From: Rhodanobacteraceae bacterium
GTDB taxonomy: Bacteria > Acidobacteriota > Terriglobia > Terriglobales > Acidobacteriaceae
NCBI GenBank assembly: GCA_043783275.1
Contig: JAYVZP010000072.1
Coordinates: forward strand, 1,394-65,393
Reading direction: 5' to 3'
DNA: 64,000 bases
Every line of letters begins with the position of its first letter. The first letter of the stretch is position 1. A program made the translations under genes and the position numbers. The notes under the pieces were generated by a model. That model had not been told where the DNA came from, did not search any database, and saw only the letters and a list, made by a program, of their open reading frames with translations. Positions 55,146-64,000 of the stretch are shown piece by piece.

Positions 55146-56276
55146 TCAGCCACGCACGCTCTGCACAATCCCTTTGGCCCGCAGGCCCGCCTCGGCCTTA
55201 CCGAAGTAATCCTCCACCGCCCCTTGTGTCCTGATCCATGCAATGTAGCGCGCGATGCCCTCTTCAATGGTTGTCCGCGGCTCATAGCCAACGGTGCGGA
55301 TGCGGCTGATGTCTGAGATCAGGGAGCGAATCTCACCCGGCCTGAACTCACCCCGTGCCAGCGGCTCTATCTCGATTCCAAGCTGTTGCGCAATGATGCC
55401 CGCAAGATCGCGCACGCTGGTAGCGCGTCCACTTCCAACGTTGACCGGAAGTCCATCCAGCTTGTCCGTCGTCGCCACTAACAGATTTGCGCGCGCAATG
55501 TCTTCGACGAAGCACAAATCCCGTGTCTGGCCGCCATCTTCGTACATCACCGGAGGCAGATTATTTAGCAGGCGCGTACAGAAAATAGCAATCACGCCCG
55601 TATACGGATTGAACAGCGACTGCCGCGGCCCGTACGTGCACGAGTAACGCAGCGCCACGCTGGGTATGCCCGTTTGCTTGCCCCAGAGCAGCACCAGCCG
55701 CTCCTGGTCCACCTTGGTCAGCGCATAGACTGTCTCGCCGCCGCCCGGTGCCAACTCCGGCGTAGGAATTGAAAGGGTCGGCTTTCCGCACATCGGGCAG
55801 CGCACGGCAAAATCCCCGGCCTGCATTTGTTCGGAAGCACGGAGCGGTGGAAAAACATTTCCATGCTCCGGACAAGAGGCCGCACCCTCGCTGTACACCG
55901 CCTGCGAACTGGCGACAACCACCTTTTTGATGGGGAGTTGGTGGTCACGAATGATCTCCAGCATCTGCGCCGTTCCAAAGCTGTTGACCAGGACATACTT
56001 GGCCATCTCTGGCATGTAGCCGCCGTACGCGGCCTCGTGGAACACAACGTCGATATCGGTCAACGCGGACCGCATCGTCTCGTAGTCCTGGACGTTGCCT
56101 TGCCGGAACTCCGCAGCTGCATTAACCCAGACAGGCTTTCCGTGCTTGTGCGTCTGGGGCTCCAGGTTGTCGAGGATCCGAACGGTCCAGCCTTCCTCAA
56201 TCAGAAGGTCGACGATATGGGACCCGATAAGACCTGCGCCACCTGTAACGAGAGCTCTCTTGCTGTGTTCCGCCAT
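55146..56276 (-). CDS. NAD-dependent epimerase/dehydratase (extended SDR) with an inserted CPxH...CPxC zinc-ribbon-like segment
   Basis: ALVTGGAGLIGSHIVDLL, VVASSQAVY, YALTK (YxxxK). The insertion CPEHGNVFPPLRASEQMQAGDFAVRCPMCG lies between the catalytic Ser and Tyr regions. Confidence 0.85.
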   Translation of the reverse strand: MAEHSKRALVTGGAGLIGSHIVDLLIEEGWTVRILDNLEPQTHKHGKPVWVNAAAEFRQGNVQDYETMRSALTDIDVVFHEAAYGGYMPEMAKYVLVNSFGTAQMLEIIRDHQLPIKKVVVASSQAVYSEGAASCPEHGNVFPPLRASEQMQAGDFAVRCPMCGKPTLSIPTPELAPGGGETVYALTKVDQERLVLLWGKQTGIPSVALRYSCTYGPRQSLFNPYTGVIAIFCTRLLNNLPPVMYEDGGQTRDLCFVEDIARANLLVATTDKLDGLPVNVGSGRATSVRDLAGIIAQQLGIEIEPLARGEFRPGEIRSLISDISRIRTVGYEPRTTIEEGIARYIAWIRTQGAVEDYFGKAEAGLRAKGIVQSVRG

Positions 56277-56309
56277 ATTCCGTAACCGTATCTCAAATCA
56301 TCGAACCCT

Positions 56310-57455
56310 TCAACGCGAAGACAGCGTCAGAACCGCTGCGACAGACTTTCTCAGGCTGTCCGCAGCGCTCGCGATGTCTTCTTCCGATGTGCTTTCGGAC
56401 AGGGATAAGCGCACCGCGGTCTGCGCGACGGCCGGCGCAATCCCCATCGCAAGCAGGACCGGCGAGGGGTCGCTGCTGCCCGCCGCACATGCTGAACCGC
56501 TCGAACAAAGCACTCCGCGCTCCTGCATCTGTAGCAGCACCGCTTCGCCACTCGTGCCGGGAAAACAAAAAGATGCATGACCCGGCAGACGCTGCGTCGG
56601 ATGCCCCGTAAGCACCGCCTGTGGAATCGAACCCAGCACCGCGCGAATCAACTCATCGCGAAGTCGCGTCAATCTGGTGGCACGTTGCTCGAGCGACCGC
56701 ACTGTGAGTTCCATCGCTAGGGCCATCCCCACCACGCTCGCGACGTTCTCTGTCCCGGACCGGCGGCCGCGCTCCTGGCCCCCTCCATGAAGAAGCGGTT
56801 CCACTGGCACCGGGCTCCGCACAAACAGCAGGCCAACCCCCTTTGGCGCACCGACCTTATGGCCGGAGATGCTCAAGGCCTTTACCGGCAATCGCTGCAC
56901 GTTGAGGTCGAACGTACTCGCAGCCTGCACGGCGTCGGTATGGAAGGGTACGCGATGCGCCGTGGCAATCCGCGCAAGTTCAGCCACCGGTTGAACGGTT
57001 CCCACTTCGTTATTTGCAAACATGATTGAAGCCAGTGTCGTGTCAGCTCGAAGCGCTCGCTCGAATGCCTCTGGGTCGACCAGGCCTTGGCCATCGACAG
57101 CCAGCTTGGTGATTTCAAAGCCATGATGCCGTCGCATGTAATCGCACGATTCCAGCACCGCTTCATGCTCAATCGCGCTCGTCACAATATGCCGACCACG
57201 CGGCGACGCAAGGGAAATTCCTTTGATCGCAAGGTTGTCCGCCTCCGTCCCGCCTGACGTAAATGTGATCTCACTCGCTCGGCAGCCAAGCACCCCTGCG
57301 ATCCGTTTGCGTGCATCCGCAAGCGCCTTTGCGGCCTGCTCGCCCAAGGCATGATGACTGGACGGATTACCGAACTCCGCCGTCAGAAATGGCCGCATCG
57401 CCTCCAGGACCTCTCGTCGAATGGGCATGGTCGCGGCGGAGTCCAGGAAGATCAT
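56310..57455 (-). CDS. Cysteine desulfurase (class V aminotransferase, NifS/IscS family)
   Basis: IFLDSAATMP..FTSGGTEADNLAIKG..ALSISGHKVGAPKGVGLL (PLP-Lys)..SSGSACAAGS (active-site Cys). Confidence 0.9.
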   Translation of the reverse strand: MIFLDSAATMPIRREVLEAMRPFLTAEFGNPSSHHALGEQAAKALADARKRIAGVLGCRASEITFTSGGTEADNLAIKGISLASPRGRHIVTSAIEHEAVLESCDYMRRHHGFEITKLAVDGQGLVDPEAFERALRADTTLASIMFANNEVGTVQPVAELARIATAHRVPFHTDAVQAASTFDLNVQRLPVKALSISGHKVGAPKGVGLLFVRSPVPVEPLLHGGGQERGRRSGTENVASVVGMALAMELTVRSLEQRATRLTRLRDELIRAVLGSIPQAVLTGHPTQRLPGHASFCFPGTSGEAVLLQMQERGVLCSSGSACAAGSSDPSPVLLAMGIAPAVAQTAVRLSLSESTSEEDIASAADSLRKSVAAVLTLSSR

Positions 57456-58324
57456 GACGTGGCGTCTACGTGATAATCCAGTCCAAGGTCAAGCGAGCGC
57501 ACACTATGCGTCAGTGCGCCCACGGAGATGATGTCAACGCCGGTCCGTGCAATCTCCGCCACAGTCTCCAGCCGCACGGAGCCACTGGCTTCCACCAGCG
57601 CACGTCCTGCCACCTGGGCCACCCCGGCTCGTAGTTGTTCCACGGTAAAGTTATCCAGCATGATCGTGTCCACGGCCGCCGCAAGCACGGGCTCAATCTG
57701 ATCTGCGCGGTCAACCTCGACTTCAAAATGAGCCGTATGAGGCAGCGTGGCTCGTGCCGCGCGCAGAGCCTCGGTCAGATCCCGCGAACCATTCTGCGTC
57801 AGTACCGCCAGGTGATTGTCCTTCGCCATGACTGCATCCGACAAAGAAAAGCGATGGTTGAACCCGCCTCCGCAGCGCACGGCATAGCGTTCAAACACAC
57901 GCAGTCCGGGCGTCGTCTTGCGCGTGTCCACAATGCGCGCCCGGGTCCCGGCGGTTGCGCTCACGAATGCAGCCGTCATGGTTGCGATGCCGGACAGGCG
58001 CTGAACAAAATTCAGACCCACGCGCTCCGCCTGCAGGATCGCCCGGGCCGGCCCTTCGACCGTCGCCAACACGTCACCCTTGCTGAAGCCTTCGCCGTCG
58101 GCCTTGTGCATCGTAGTCTTCGTCGTCTTATCGGTCAGCGTCATCGCGGCGACGAATAACGGCCCTCCACTTAAAACACCGGTTTCGCGTGCCACAAGAT
58201 CAGCGCGCATCCGGGCTGCGGAGGGGATAAACGTCTGCGAAGTCAGATCGCCCCACGGCGCATCTTCCAGCAAAGCCATCCGCACAATCCGTTCGATGCT
58301 CTCCGTACTCAGATCGCCTTGCAT
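57452..58324 (-). CDS. nadC: Nicotinate-nucleotide (quinolinate) pyrophosphorylase
   Basis: ..LEDAPWGDLTS..RIVDTRKTTPGLR..AVRCGGGFNHR..IMLDNF..SGSV..ISVGALTHS. Confidence 0.95.
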   Translation of the reverse strand: MQGDLSTESIERIVRMALLEDAPWGDLTSQTFIPSAARMRADLVARETGVLSGGPLFVAAMTLTDKTTKTTMHKADGEGFSKGDVLATVEGPARAILQAERVGLNFVQRLSGIATMTAAFVSATAGTRARIVDTRKTTPGLRVFERYAVRCGGGFNHRFSLSDAVMAKDNHLAVLTQNGSRDLTEALRAARATLPHTAHFEVEVDRADQIEPVLAAAVDTIMLDNFTVEQLRAGVAQVAGRALVEASGSVRLETVAEIARTGVDIISVGALTHSVRSLDLGLDYHVDATS

Positions 58325-59859
58325 GCGCTCGCCCCTGTCCGGCCAATGATCTGTTGATGCTGGAAGCTGACCGAAGTTTCCGGAAAGTCTTTGCGGAAGT
58401 GGGCCCCGCGCGACTCACGCCGTTCCAGCGCAGACGTCACCAACACTCCTGCAATAGTAAGCAGATTCCGCGTCTCGAGAGCATGCACGCTGGTCCCGGA
58501 AGACTGCGCCGTACTCAGCCACGCCATCGCCTCACGCAGACCCCGCTCATTTCTATAGATGCCCGCGTGAGTCCACATAAGTTGCTGCAGATCCTTCCGC
58601 TTAATCTCTTCCCCATCCGCTTCATTGAGCGACCACGACAAATTCAGATTCGCCACCCAGTTCAGCACCGGCCAGTTTTGCAGCTTGACGCAGTTCTCGT
58701 CATCCAGCAGCAAATGCGCCGTCCGCCACGAAAACACAATGCTCTCCAGCAGAGAGTTCGAGGCCAGCCGATTAGCGCCGTGAACGCCCGTGCACGCCAC
58801 TTCTCCCACCGCAAACAACCCTGGTATTGAAGTGCGTCCCCAGAGGTCTGTCTTTACCCCACCCATCCAATAATGGGCGGCAGGCGTTACCGGCACAGGC
58901 TGCTTCGACCAGTCGAGCCCCGCCTTGCGACATGCTGCATCGATCGTCGGAAAACGGCTGGTCAGAAACGCAGCACCCATGGAAGTCGCATCCAGCAGCA
59001 CCGGCTGTCCACCCTGTGCCGCCATCTGTTCAGCAATACCGCGAGCGACCACGTCACGCGGAGCCAACTCGGCAGAAGGATGGACTCGTTGCATAAAGCG
59101 CTTGCCCTCTTTGTCCAGCAGCACCGCACCGTCTCCGCGCACTGCCTCCGACAAAAGGAAGTTGCCAGGGATCGCAAGCGCCGTCGGATGAAACTGATAG
59201 AACTCGACGTCTGCAAGCAGGGCACCCGCACGCAAAGCCATCGCCACGCCGTCACCGGTGGCGACCGTGGGGTTTGTCGTATAGGTAAACAACTGTCCCG
59301 CGCCGCCGCTTGCCAGCACAATCGCGTGTGCTGGCAGAAGCTCACGCGTCCCCGCCGTATTCAATATTTCAAGCGCCGCGACGCGTTTATCCTCAAGCAC
59401 AATCTCACACGCAAACGTATTCTCAAACACCTGAACGCCAGCGCCGCGCACCGCGTTCACCAGCGCATTTTCAATCGCAAATCCTGTCGCATCGCCACCC
59501 GCATGCAGGACCCGAGCGTGCGAGTGAGCAGCCTCCAGTCCCCGCTGCAATTTCCCATTGCGCTGGTCAAACGCCACGCCCAGCGCAATCAAATCATGAA
59601 TGCGCGCAGGCCCTTCAGCGCACAATACTTCCACCGCAGCAAGCTGGCTCAGCCCGGCACCGGCCTGCATCGTATCCGCAACGTGCTCCGCAACACTGTC
59701 ATCGCTGGACATCGCCGCAGCGATACCCCCCTGCGCATACCGCGTATTGCTCTCGGAAAGCCTGGCCTTTGTAACCAGCGTCACCGCGTATTTCCGGCTC
59801 AACTCCAGCGCAGCAATCAGGCCCGCAATTCCACTCCCCACCACGATTATCTGCTTCAT
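58309..59859 (-). CDS. nadB: L-aspartate oxidase
   Basis: VVGSGIAGLIAA (FAD)..YAQGGIAA..HPTAL..GLFAVGEVACTGVHGANRLASNSLLE..RESRGAHFRKDFP. Confidence 0.95.
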   Translation of the reverse strand: MKQIIVVGSGIAGLIAALELSRKYAVTLVTKARLSESNTRYAQGGIAAAMSSDDSVAEHVADTMQAGAGLSQLAAVEVLCAEGPARIHDLIALGVAFDQRNGKLQRGLEAAHSHARVLHAGGDATGFAIENALVNAVRGAGVQVFENTFACEIVLEDKRVAALEILNTAGTRELLPAHAIVLASGGAGQLFTYTTNPTVATGDGVAMALRAGALLADVEFYQFHPTALAIPGNFLLSEAVRGDGAVLLDKEGKRFMQRVHPSAELAPRDVVARGIAEQMAAQGGQPVLLDATSMGAAFLTSRFPTIDAACRKAGLDWSKQPVPVTPAAHYWMGGVKTDLWGRTSIPGLFAVGEVACTGVHGANRLASNSLLESIVFSWRTAHLLLDDENCVKLQNWPVLNWVANLNLSWSLNEADGEEIKRKDLQQLMWTHAGIYRNERGLREAMAWLSTAQSSGTSVHALETRNLLTIAGVLVTSALERRESRGAHFRKDFPETSVSFQHQQIIGRTGASACKAI

Positions 59860-61190
59860 GCGCCGGCCACCGCTGCAACTGCAGGCTTCGCCATCAACAT
59901 GCGCTCCAGCGCAAGCCGTGCCGGCTCCTGCACCACGTCCGGAATATTGATGCTGTTCAGCACTTCACCGCTCACCAGCGCTTCCAGAACCCACGCCAGG
60001 TAGCCCGGATGAATCCGGTACATGGTCGAACACGGGCATACCACCGGGTCGAGGCAAAAAATTGTCTTGTCCGGATGGTCGTTCGCGAGCCTCCGCACCA
60101 GGTTTATCTCCGTGCCCAGCGCAATAATCGCCCCTGTAGGGGCAGCCTCAATCGCCTTGCGAATATAGTCGGTCGAGCCCGCTTCATCGGCCGCATCCAC
60201 AACTGCCATCGGGCACTCCGGATGCACAATGATCCGCACGCCCGGATACATCGCTCGCGCCGTCTCAATCTGACCCACGGTAAAGCGCACATGGACCGAG
60301 CAGAAACCATGCCACAAGATCACCTGCGAGTCACGCAAACCCTGTTCATCCACGCCGCCCATCTGCTTGCGCGGATTCCACAACGGCATTCGCTCCAGCG
60401 GAATCCCCATCGCCTTCGCCGTATTTCTGCCCAGATGCTGGTCCGGAAAAAACAGCACTCGCTGGCCGCGCTCGAACGCCCACTTCAACACCACATTCGC
60501 GTTCGATGAAGTGCAGACGATACCTCCATGCGCGCCACAAAACCCCTTCAAAGCTGCGGAAGAATTCATGTACGTCACCGGAATCACAGGCATACGACCG
60601 TCGGCATCCGGCTCGGTCCCGAACAACTCTTCAAGCTGTTCCCAGCACTCGGTCACGGAATCCAGGTCCGCCATATCCGCCATCGAGCAGCCCGCTGCCA
60701 GGTTGGGCAAAATCACTTGCTGGTTCTTGCCGGAGAGCATCCGCGCCGTCTCCGCCATAAAGTGCACGCCACAAAAAACGATCGTCTCCGCATCCGGTTT
60801 CGATCGCGTCACCTGCGCAAGCTGGAAGGAATCGCCGACAAAGTCCGCATACTTCACCACTTCATCGCGCTGATAAAAATGCCCGAGGATAAGAAGCCGA
60901 TCTCCAAGCTCTCTCTTGGCCGCGATGATGCGTTGATCAAGTTCTTCCGGGCTCGCATCGCGATATACCTGCGGCAGCACCCCTTGTCGCGGAACGTCTG
61001 CGGGCACAAGGTCGCCCATGGAGGCACCCGGGCCATAGCTCGGCTCTTCCATGTCGAACGCCCACGGGGCGTCAGCCAATGCGGAGTTGCAAACCTTGAG
61101 TGGCGCACCGGTGAAGGCAGTCTCAGACAATCCTGACTGTTCGCCGATGCGAATCAACTGGATCAAACCATCTACGGAAGTCACAATCAA
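59856..61190 (-). CDS. nadA: Quinolinate synthase (long N-terminal form)
   Basis: ..LLILGHFYQRDEVVKYADFVGDSFQLA..VFCGVHFMAETA..CSMADMA..HPECP.. The GTG at 61184 has GGAG 7 nt upstream and is the likelier start. Confidence 0.9.
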   Translation of the reverse strand: MIVTSVDGLIQLIRIGEQSGLSETAFTGAPLKVCNSALADAPWAFDMEEPSYGPGASMGDLVPADVPRQGVLPQVYRDASPEELDQRIIAAKRELGDRLLILGHFYQRDEVVKYADFVGDSFQLAQVTRSKPDAETIVFCGVHFMAETARMLSGKNQQVILPNLAAGCSMADMADLDSVTECWEQLEELFGTEPDADGRMPVIPVTYMNSSAALKGFCGAHGGIVCTSSNANVVLKWAFERGQRVLFFPDQHLGRNTAKAMGIPLERMPLWNPRKQMGGVDEQGLRDSQVILWHGFCSVHVRFTVGQIETARAMYPGVRIIVHPECPMAVVDAADEAGSTDYIRKAIEAAPTGAIIALGTEINLVRRLANDHPDKTIFCLDPVVCPCSTMYRIHPGYLAWVLEALVSGEVLNSINIPDVVQEPARLALERMLMAKPAVAAVAGA

Positions 61191-61372
61191 TCTCCTGTAC
61201 CAGTGCGCACGCTACGCCGTTGCGCCCAACCTCAAGGATATTCCTATGTGGCGCGACCTGGTAAGTCCGGGTGCAAAGCCACATTGCGGGTTATCAGCAG
61301 ACTTCAAGCTTTCAGCCGTCCTGGCATGCAGGCCAACAGTGTTACGTTAGGCGTATACTCACGATGACCTGA

Positions 61373-62323
61373 ATGCATCCGCAGATCGGAGCGTTACTGG
61401 AGAATGCAATGAGCATGAGAACCACGAGCAACACCCCACAGGCGCACACAACGCGGAAGACCGCTCAGACCCTCTGGAAAAAGAAGCGCGATGGCCAGCC
61501 CATCACCGCACTCACAGCCTACGATTACCCCACGGCCCGCCTCGTCGATGAGCAGGGAATGGATATCATCCTCGTGGGCGACTCCCTCGGCATGGCCGTT
61601 CTGGGCTATGAAAATACTCTCCCCGTTACTCTGGACGAGATGCTCCACCACGCCCGCGCCGTCAGCCGAGCCGCCCGCACCGCCTTTCTTGTCGGCGACA
61701 TGCCCTTCGGCACGTACCAGGTGTCCATTGAAGATTCTCTCCGCAACGCCATCCGCTTCATCAAGGAAGCCGGAATGGCTGCCGTCAAAATCGAAGGCGG
61801 CGTCAGCCAGACAAAGCTTGTCGAGCGCCTGACCGCCGCAGAAATACCCGTTGTCGGACACATCGGCCTGACCCCGCAATCTCTGCATCGCATGGGTGGA
61901 TACCGCGTCCAGGGCATCACCAACGCGGAGATGGATCGCCTCAGCTCCGATGCGATCGCCCTTCAGAAAGCCGGCTGCGTTCTTCTGGTGCTGGAAGGAA
62001 TCCCGCGTGAACTTGGTGCCCGCATCACGCGGGAGCTCGACATCCCCATAATCGGCATCGGTGCCGGACCAGACTGCGACGGGCAGATCCTCGTATTCCA
62101 CGATCTCTTCAATCTCTCCTTCTCCACCCCGGCTAAATTCGTTCGCCGTTTCGGAGACGCAGCCAGTCTCTTCCGCCAGGGTATCGCGGAGTACAGCGCA
62201 TCGGTCGCTGACAGAAGCTTCCCCAACGACGCTGAAAGCTACCATCTACCCGGCTACAAATCGGCCCCCGCTGAGTCGGAAGCGCCCGCGCGCCTGACCT
62301 CCGCGGATCTGGTCAAGGCCTGA
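61373..62323 (+). CDS. panB: 3-methyl-2-oxobutanoate hydroxymethyltransferase
   Basis: ITALTAYDYPTARLVDEQGMDIILVGDSLGMAVLGYENTLPVTLDEMLHH..VKIEGG..VVGHIGLTPQS. The start may be 61409 (MSMRTT). Confidence 0.9.
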   Translation: MHPQIGALLENAMSMRTTSNTPQAHTTRKTAQTLWKKKRDGQPITALTAYDYPTARLVDEQGMDIILVGDSLGMAVLGYENTLPVTLDEMLHHARAVSRAARTAFLVGDMPFGTYQVSIEDSLRNAIRFIKEAGMAAVKIEGGVSQTKLVERLTAAEIPVVGHIGLTPQSLHRMGGYRVQGITNAEMDRLSSDAIALQKAGCVLLVLEGIPRELGARITRELDIPIIGIGAGPDCDGQILVFHDLFNLSFSTPAKFVRRFGDAASLFRQGIAEYSASVADRSFPNDAESYHLPGYKSAPAESEAPARLTSADLVKA

Positions 62324-62327
62324 CACC

Positions 62328-63194
62328 ATGCTGATCGTCAAGAGCGTTGCAGAAGTGCGAGCGGCTGTCCTCAAGCTTCGCCGCCAACAGGGTCCGGACG
62401 CTACCCTCGCCCTCGTGCCTACCATGGGCGCCATCCACGAAGGACATCTCTCCCTCATGCGGGCCGCCAAACGCACCTGCAATTTAGTCGCGGCCTCCAT
62501 CTTTGTAAACCCGCTTCAGTTCAGCGCAGGCGAGGATTTCGACAAATACCCGTGCCTCTTCGAAGCCGACAGCGCCCTGCTCGCAGCCGAAGGCATCGAC
62601 CTGCTCTTCGTTCCCACGGAGCAGGAGATGTACCCACCCTCCGCGTCCACCATCGTAGAAGTGCAGGGAATCAGCGACCGTCTAGACGGAGTTTCGCGTC
62701 CCGGTCACTTTCGCGGAGTCGCAACGGTTGTCACCAAGCTGCTCAACATCGTCGCGCCGGATGTAGCCTACTTCGGACAAAAGGATGCCGCTCAAATTGC
62801 CGTCCTGCGCGCCCTGGTCCGCGATCTCAACATTCCGGTCCAACTCATAACCAGCCCAACAGTCCGCGAGCCCGACGGCCTCGCCCTGAGCTCCCGCAAC
62901 CGCTACCTCTCCGTAGTTGAGCGCCAGCAGGCTCTCATCCTGCATCGCGCTATCCAGGCTGCACAGTCCCTTGTCGCCCGCGGAGAGATGCGGCGCGATA
63001 CACTCCAGGCCGCGATGCTGGAAGTGTTCAGTACGGAACCAATGATCCGGGTCGACTACGCCGATGTGGTCGATCCGGACACCCTCGAACCGTTACAGCA
63101 GATCTCCGTAACTGCTCTCATCGCTGTCGCCGCTTGGGCTGGCACCACCAGGCTGATCGACAACTGCATCGTAAACGCGAGGCCCAATGGCTGA
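62328..63194 (+). CDS. panC: Pantoate--beta-alanine ligase
   Basis: LVPTMGAIHEGHLSLM..ASIFVNPLQF..RPGHFRGVATVVTKL..FGQKDAAQ.. Confidence 0.95.
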   Translation: MLIVKSVAEVRAAVLKLRRQQGPDATLALVPTMGAIHEGHLSLMRAAKRTCNLVAASIFVNPLQFSAGEDFDKYPCLFEADSALLAAEGIDLLFVPTEQEMYPPSASTIVEVQGISDRLDGVSRPGHFRGVATVVTKLLNIVAPDVAYFGQKDAAQIAVLRALVRDLNIPVQLITSPTVREPDGLALSSRNRYLSVVERQQALILHRAIQAAQSLVARGEMRRDTLQAAMLEVFSTEPMIRVDYADVVDPDTLEPLQQISVTALIAVAAWAGTTRLIDNCIVNARPNG

Positions 63195-64000
63195 GAAAGT
63201 AACCGTCGGCGTATGCGGTGGGGTCGCAGCCTACAAGGCCGCGGAGCTTGTCCGCGCCCTCCAGGACAAGGGGCTCGATGTCCACGTCGTCATGACCCGC
63301 GCTGCCGAAGAGTTCGTCCGCCCGCTCACCTTCGCCTCCCTTACCGGCCACGAGGTCATCACCAGCCTGTGGTCCGAAGGACAGACTGACGCACGGATTA
63401 GCGCACCCAACGAAGGCGGCAGCGCTATCGAGCACATCGCCGAGGCCCAGTCCACCAATCTGCTCCTCGTCGCCCCCGCAACTGCCCACACCCTCGCAAA
63501 GTTTGCGCACGGCCTTGCCGACGATTTTCTCTCCACCCTCTACCTCGCCACTACGGCCCCCGTCATCGTCGCTCCGGCGATGAACGTCAACATGTGGAAT
63601 CACCCCGCCACCCAGGCCAACATCGCTACCCTCCGCGCGCACCGGGTCCAGATCGTCGAGCCGGAAGATGGCTATCTCGCCTGCGGCATGACCGGCGGCG
63701 GCCGACTCGCCAACGTCCAGACCATCGCTGCAGCAGTCCTTCAGACGCTGCGCACGACTCACGACCTCGAGGGCGAAACCATTTTGATCACCGCCGGCGG
63801 CACCCGCGAGCCACTCGACCCCGTCCGTTTCCTCGGCAATCGTTCCAGCGGAAAAATGGCCTACGCTCTCGCCGAATCCGCCCTGCGACGCGGTGCCCAC
63901 GTCATTCTGATCAGTGCACCAACAGCGCTCCCCATACCGGCAGGCTGCACCTACATCCCGGTCACGCAGTCCACAGAGATGCACGCCGCCGTTCTCCGCT
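63187..64000 (+). CDS. coaBC: Bifunctional phosphopantothenoylcysteine decarboxylase / phosphopantothenate--cysteine ligase (3' end beyond the window)
   Basis: Not in the ORF track (runs off the edge). MAEKVTVGVCGGVAAYKAAELVRALQDKGLDVHVVMTRAAEEFV..APAMNVNMWNHPATQAN..ILITAGGTREPLDPVRFLGNRSSGKM. The ATG overlaps the panC stop by 8 nt. Confidence 0.9.
   Translation, partial: MAEKVTVGVCGGVAAYKAAELVRALQDKGLDVHVVMTRAAEEFVRPLTFASLTGHEVITSLWSEGQTDARISAPNEGGSAIEHIAEAQSTNLLLVAPATAHTLAKFAHGLADDFLSTLYLATTAPVIVAPAMNVNMWNHPATQANIATLRAHRVQIVEPEDGYLACGMTGGGRLANVQTIAAAVLQTLRTTHDLEGETILITAGGTREPLDPVRFLGNRSSGKMAYALAESALRRGAHVILISAPTALPIPAGCTYIPVTQSTEMHAAVLR

Noticed and set aside
61191-61372. Possible nadA-motif (class I NAD+) riboswitch in the nadA leader. 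The motif was described in Acidobacteria upstream of nadA.
   Set aside because: I read the minus-strand leader looking for two tandem stem-bulge domains with the conserved ACANCCCC-type bulge (recalled from memory). I found only weak look-alikes (AUAACCCG, GCACCCGG) and a 7-bp AUGUGGC/GCCACAU stem. That is not enough to call it. A cmsearch with the Rfam nadA-motif model over 61150-61400 (minus strand) would settle it.
1-64000. CRISPR arrays, rRNA genes, intact transposases or integrases, reverse transcriptases, toxin-antitoxin pairs.
   Set aside because: I looked for regularly spaced repeats, rRNA-like conserved stretches and the corresponding protein motifs in all listed ORFs and in the larger intergenic gaps. 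None were found apart from the IS30 stump.

Overview
This is a 64 kb, high-GC bacterial chromosome segment. Gene content suggests Acidobacteriota (a TonB-type receptor with a CarboxypepD_reg domain, many secreted amidohydrolases and glycosidases, low-complexity tails on housekeeping proteins); that assignment is inference, not proof. About 55 protein genes and 3 tRNAs can be supported. I saw no rRNA and no CRISPR array.

Core blocks:
- KdpD-type sensor genes (1-2410) and RNase H.
- A five-gene ECF sigma / anti-sigma / PDZ / radical-SAM / secreted-protein operon (3.2-7.6 kb).
- infC, an orphan receiver and a small H-box protein, tRNA-Leu, trpC-trpF.
- Amidohydrolase, aldo-keto reductase, DHA2 MFS pump, GGDEF cyclase, ddl, asnS, ggt.
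- A long minus-strand run rplI-rpsR-rpsF-pth-ctc-prs-tRNA-Gln-ispE-permease (27-34 kb).
- nadA-nadB-nadC-cysteine desulfurase-epimerase (55-61 kb) and panB-panC-coaBC (61-64 kb).

The most interesting structure lies between tRNA-Ser(UGA) (34423-34512) and an imperfect direct copy of the tRNA 3' end at 55088-55108. This ~20.6 kb accessory segment looks like an old tRNA-integrated island. It carries:
- decayed mobile or defence-like ORFs;
- a ROK / TonB-receptor / ArgH-like operon;
- two glycosidases (GH78, GH16);
- an IS30 transposase remnant;
- a two-gene cassette: a TIR-like gene, disrupted by a TGA at a conserved Trp, directly upstream of a PD-(D/E)xK nuclease + DUF2075 (Schlafen/Nhi-like) P-loop ATPase.

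The TIR + DUF2075 cassette is my best candidate for an undescribed, partly decayed defence system. All calls come from reading the sequence and ORF translations by eye. No searches were run, so family assignments rest on recognised motifs.
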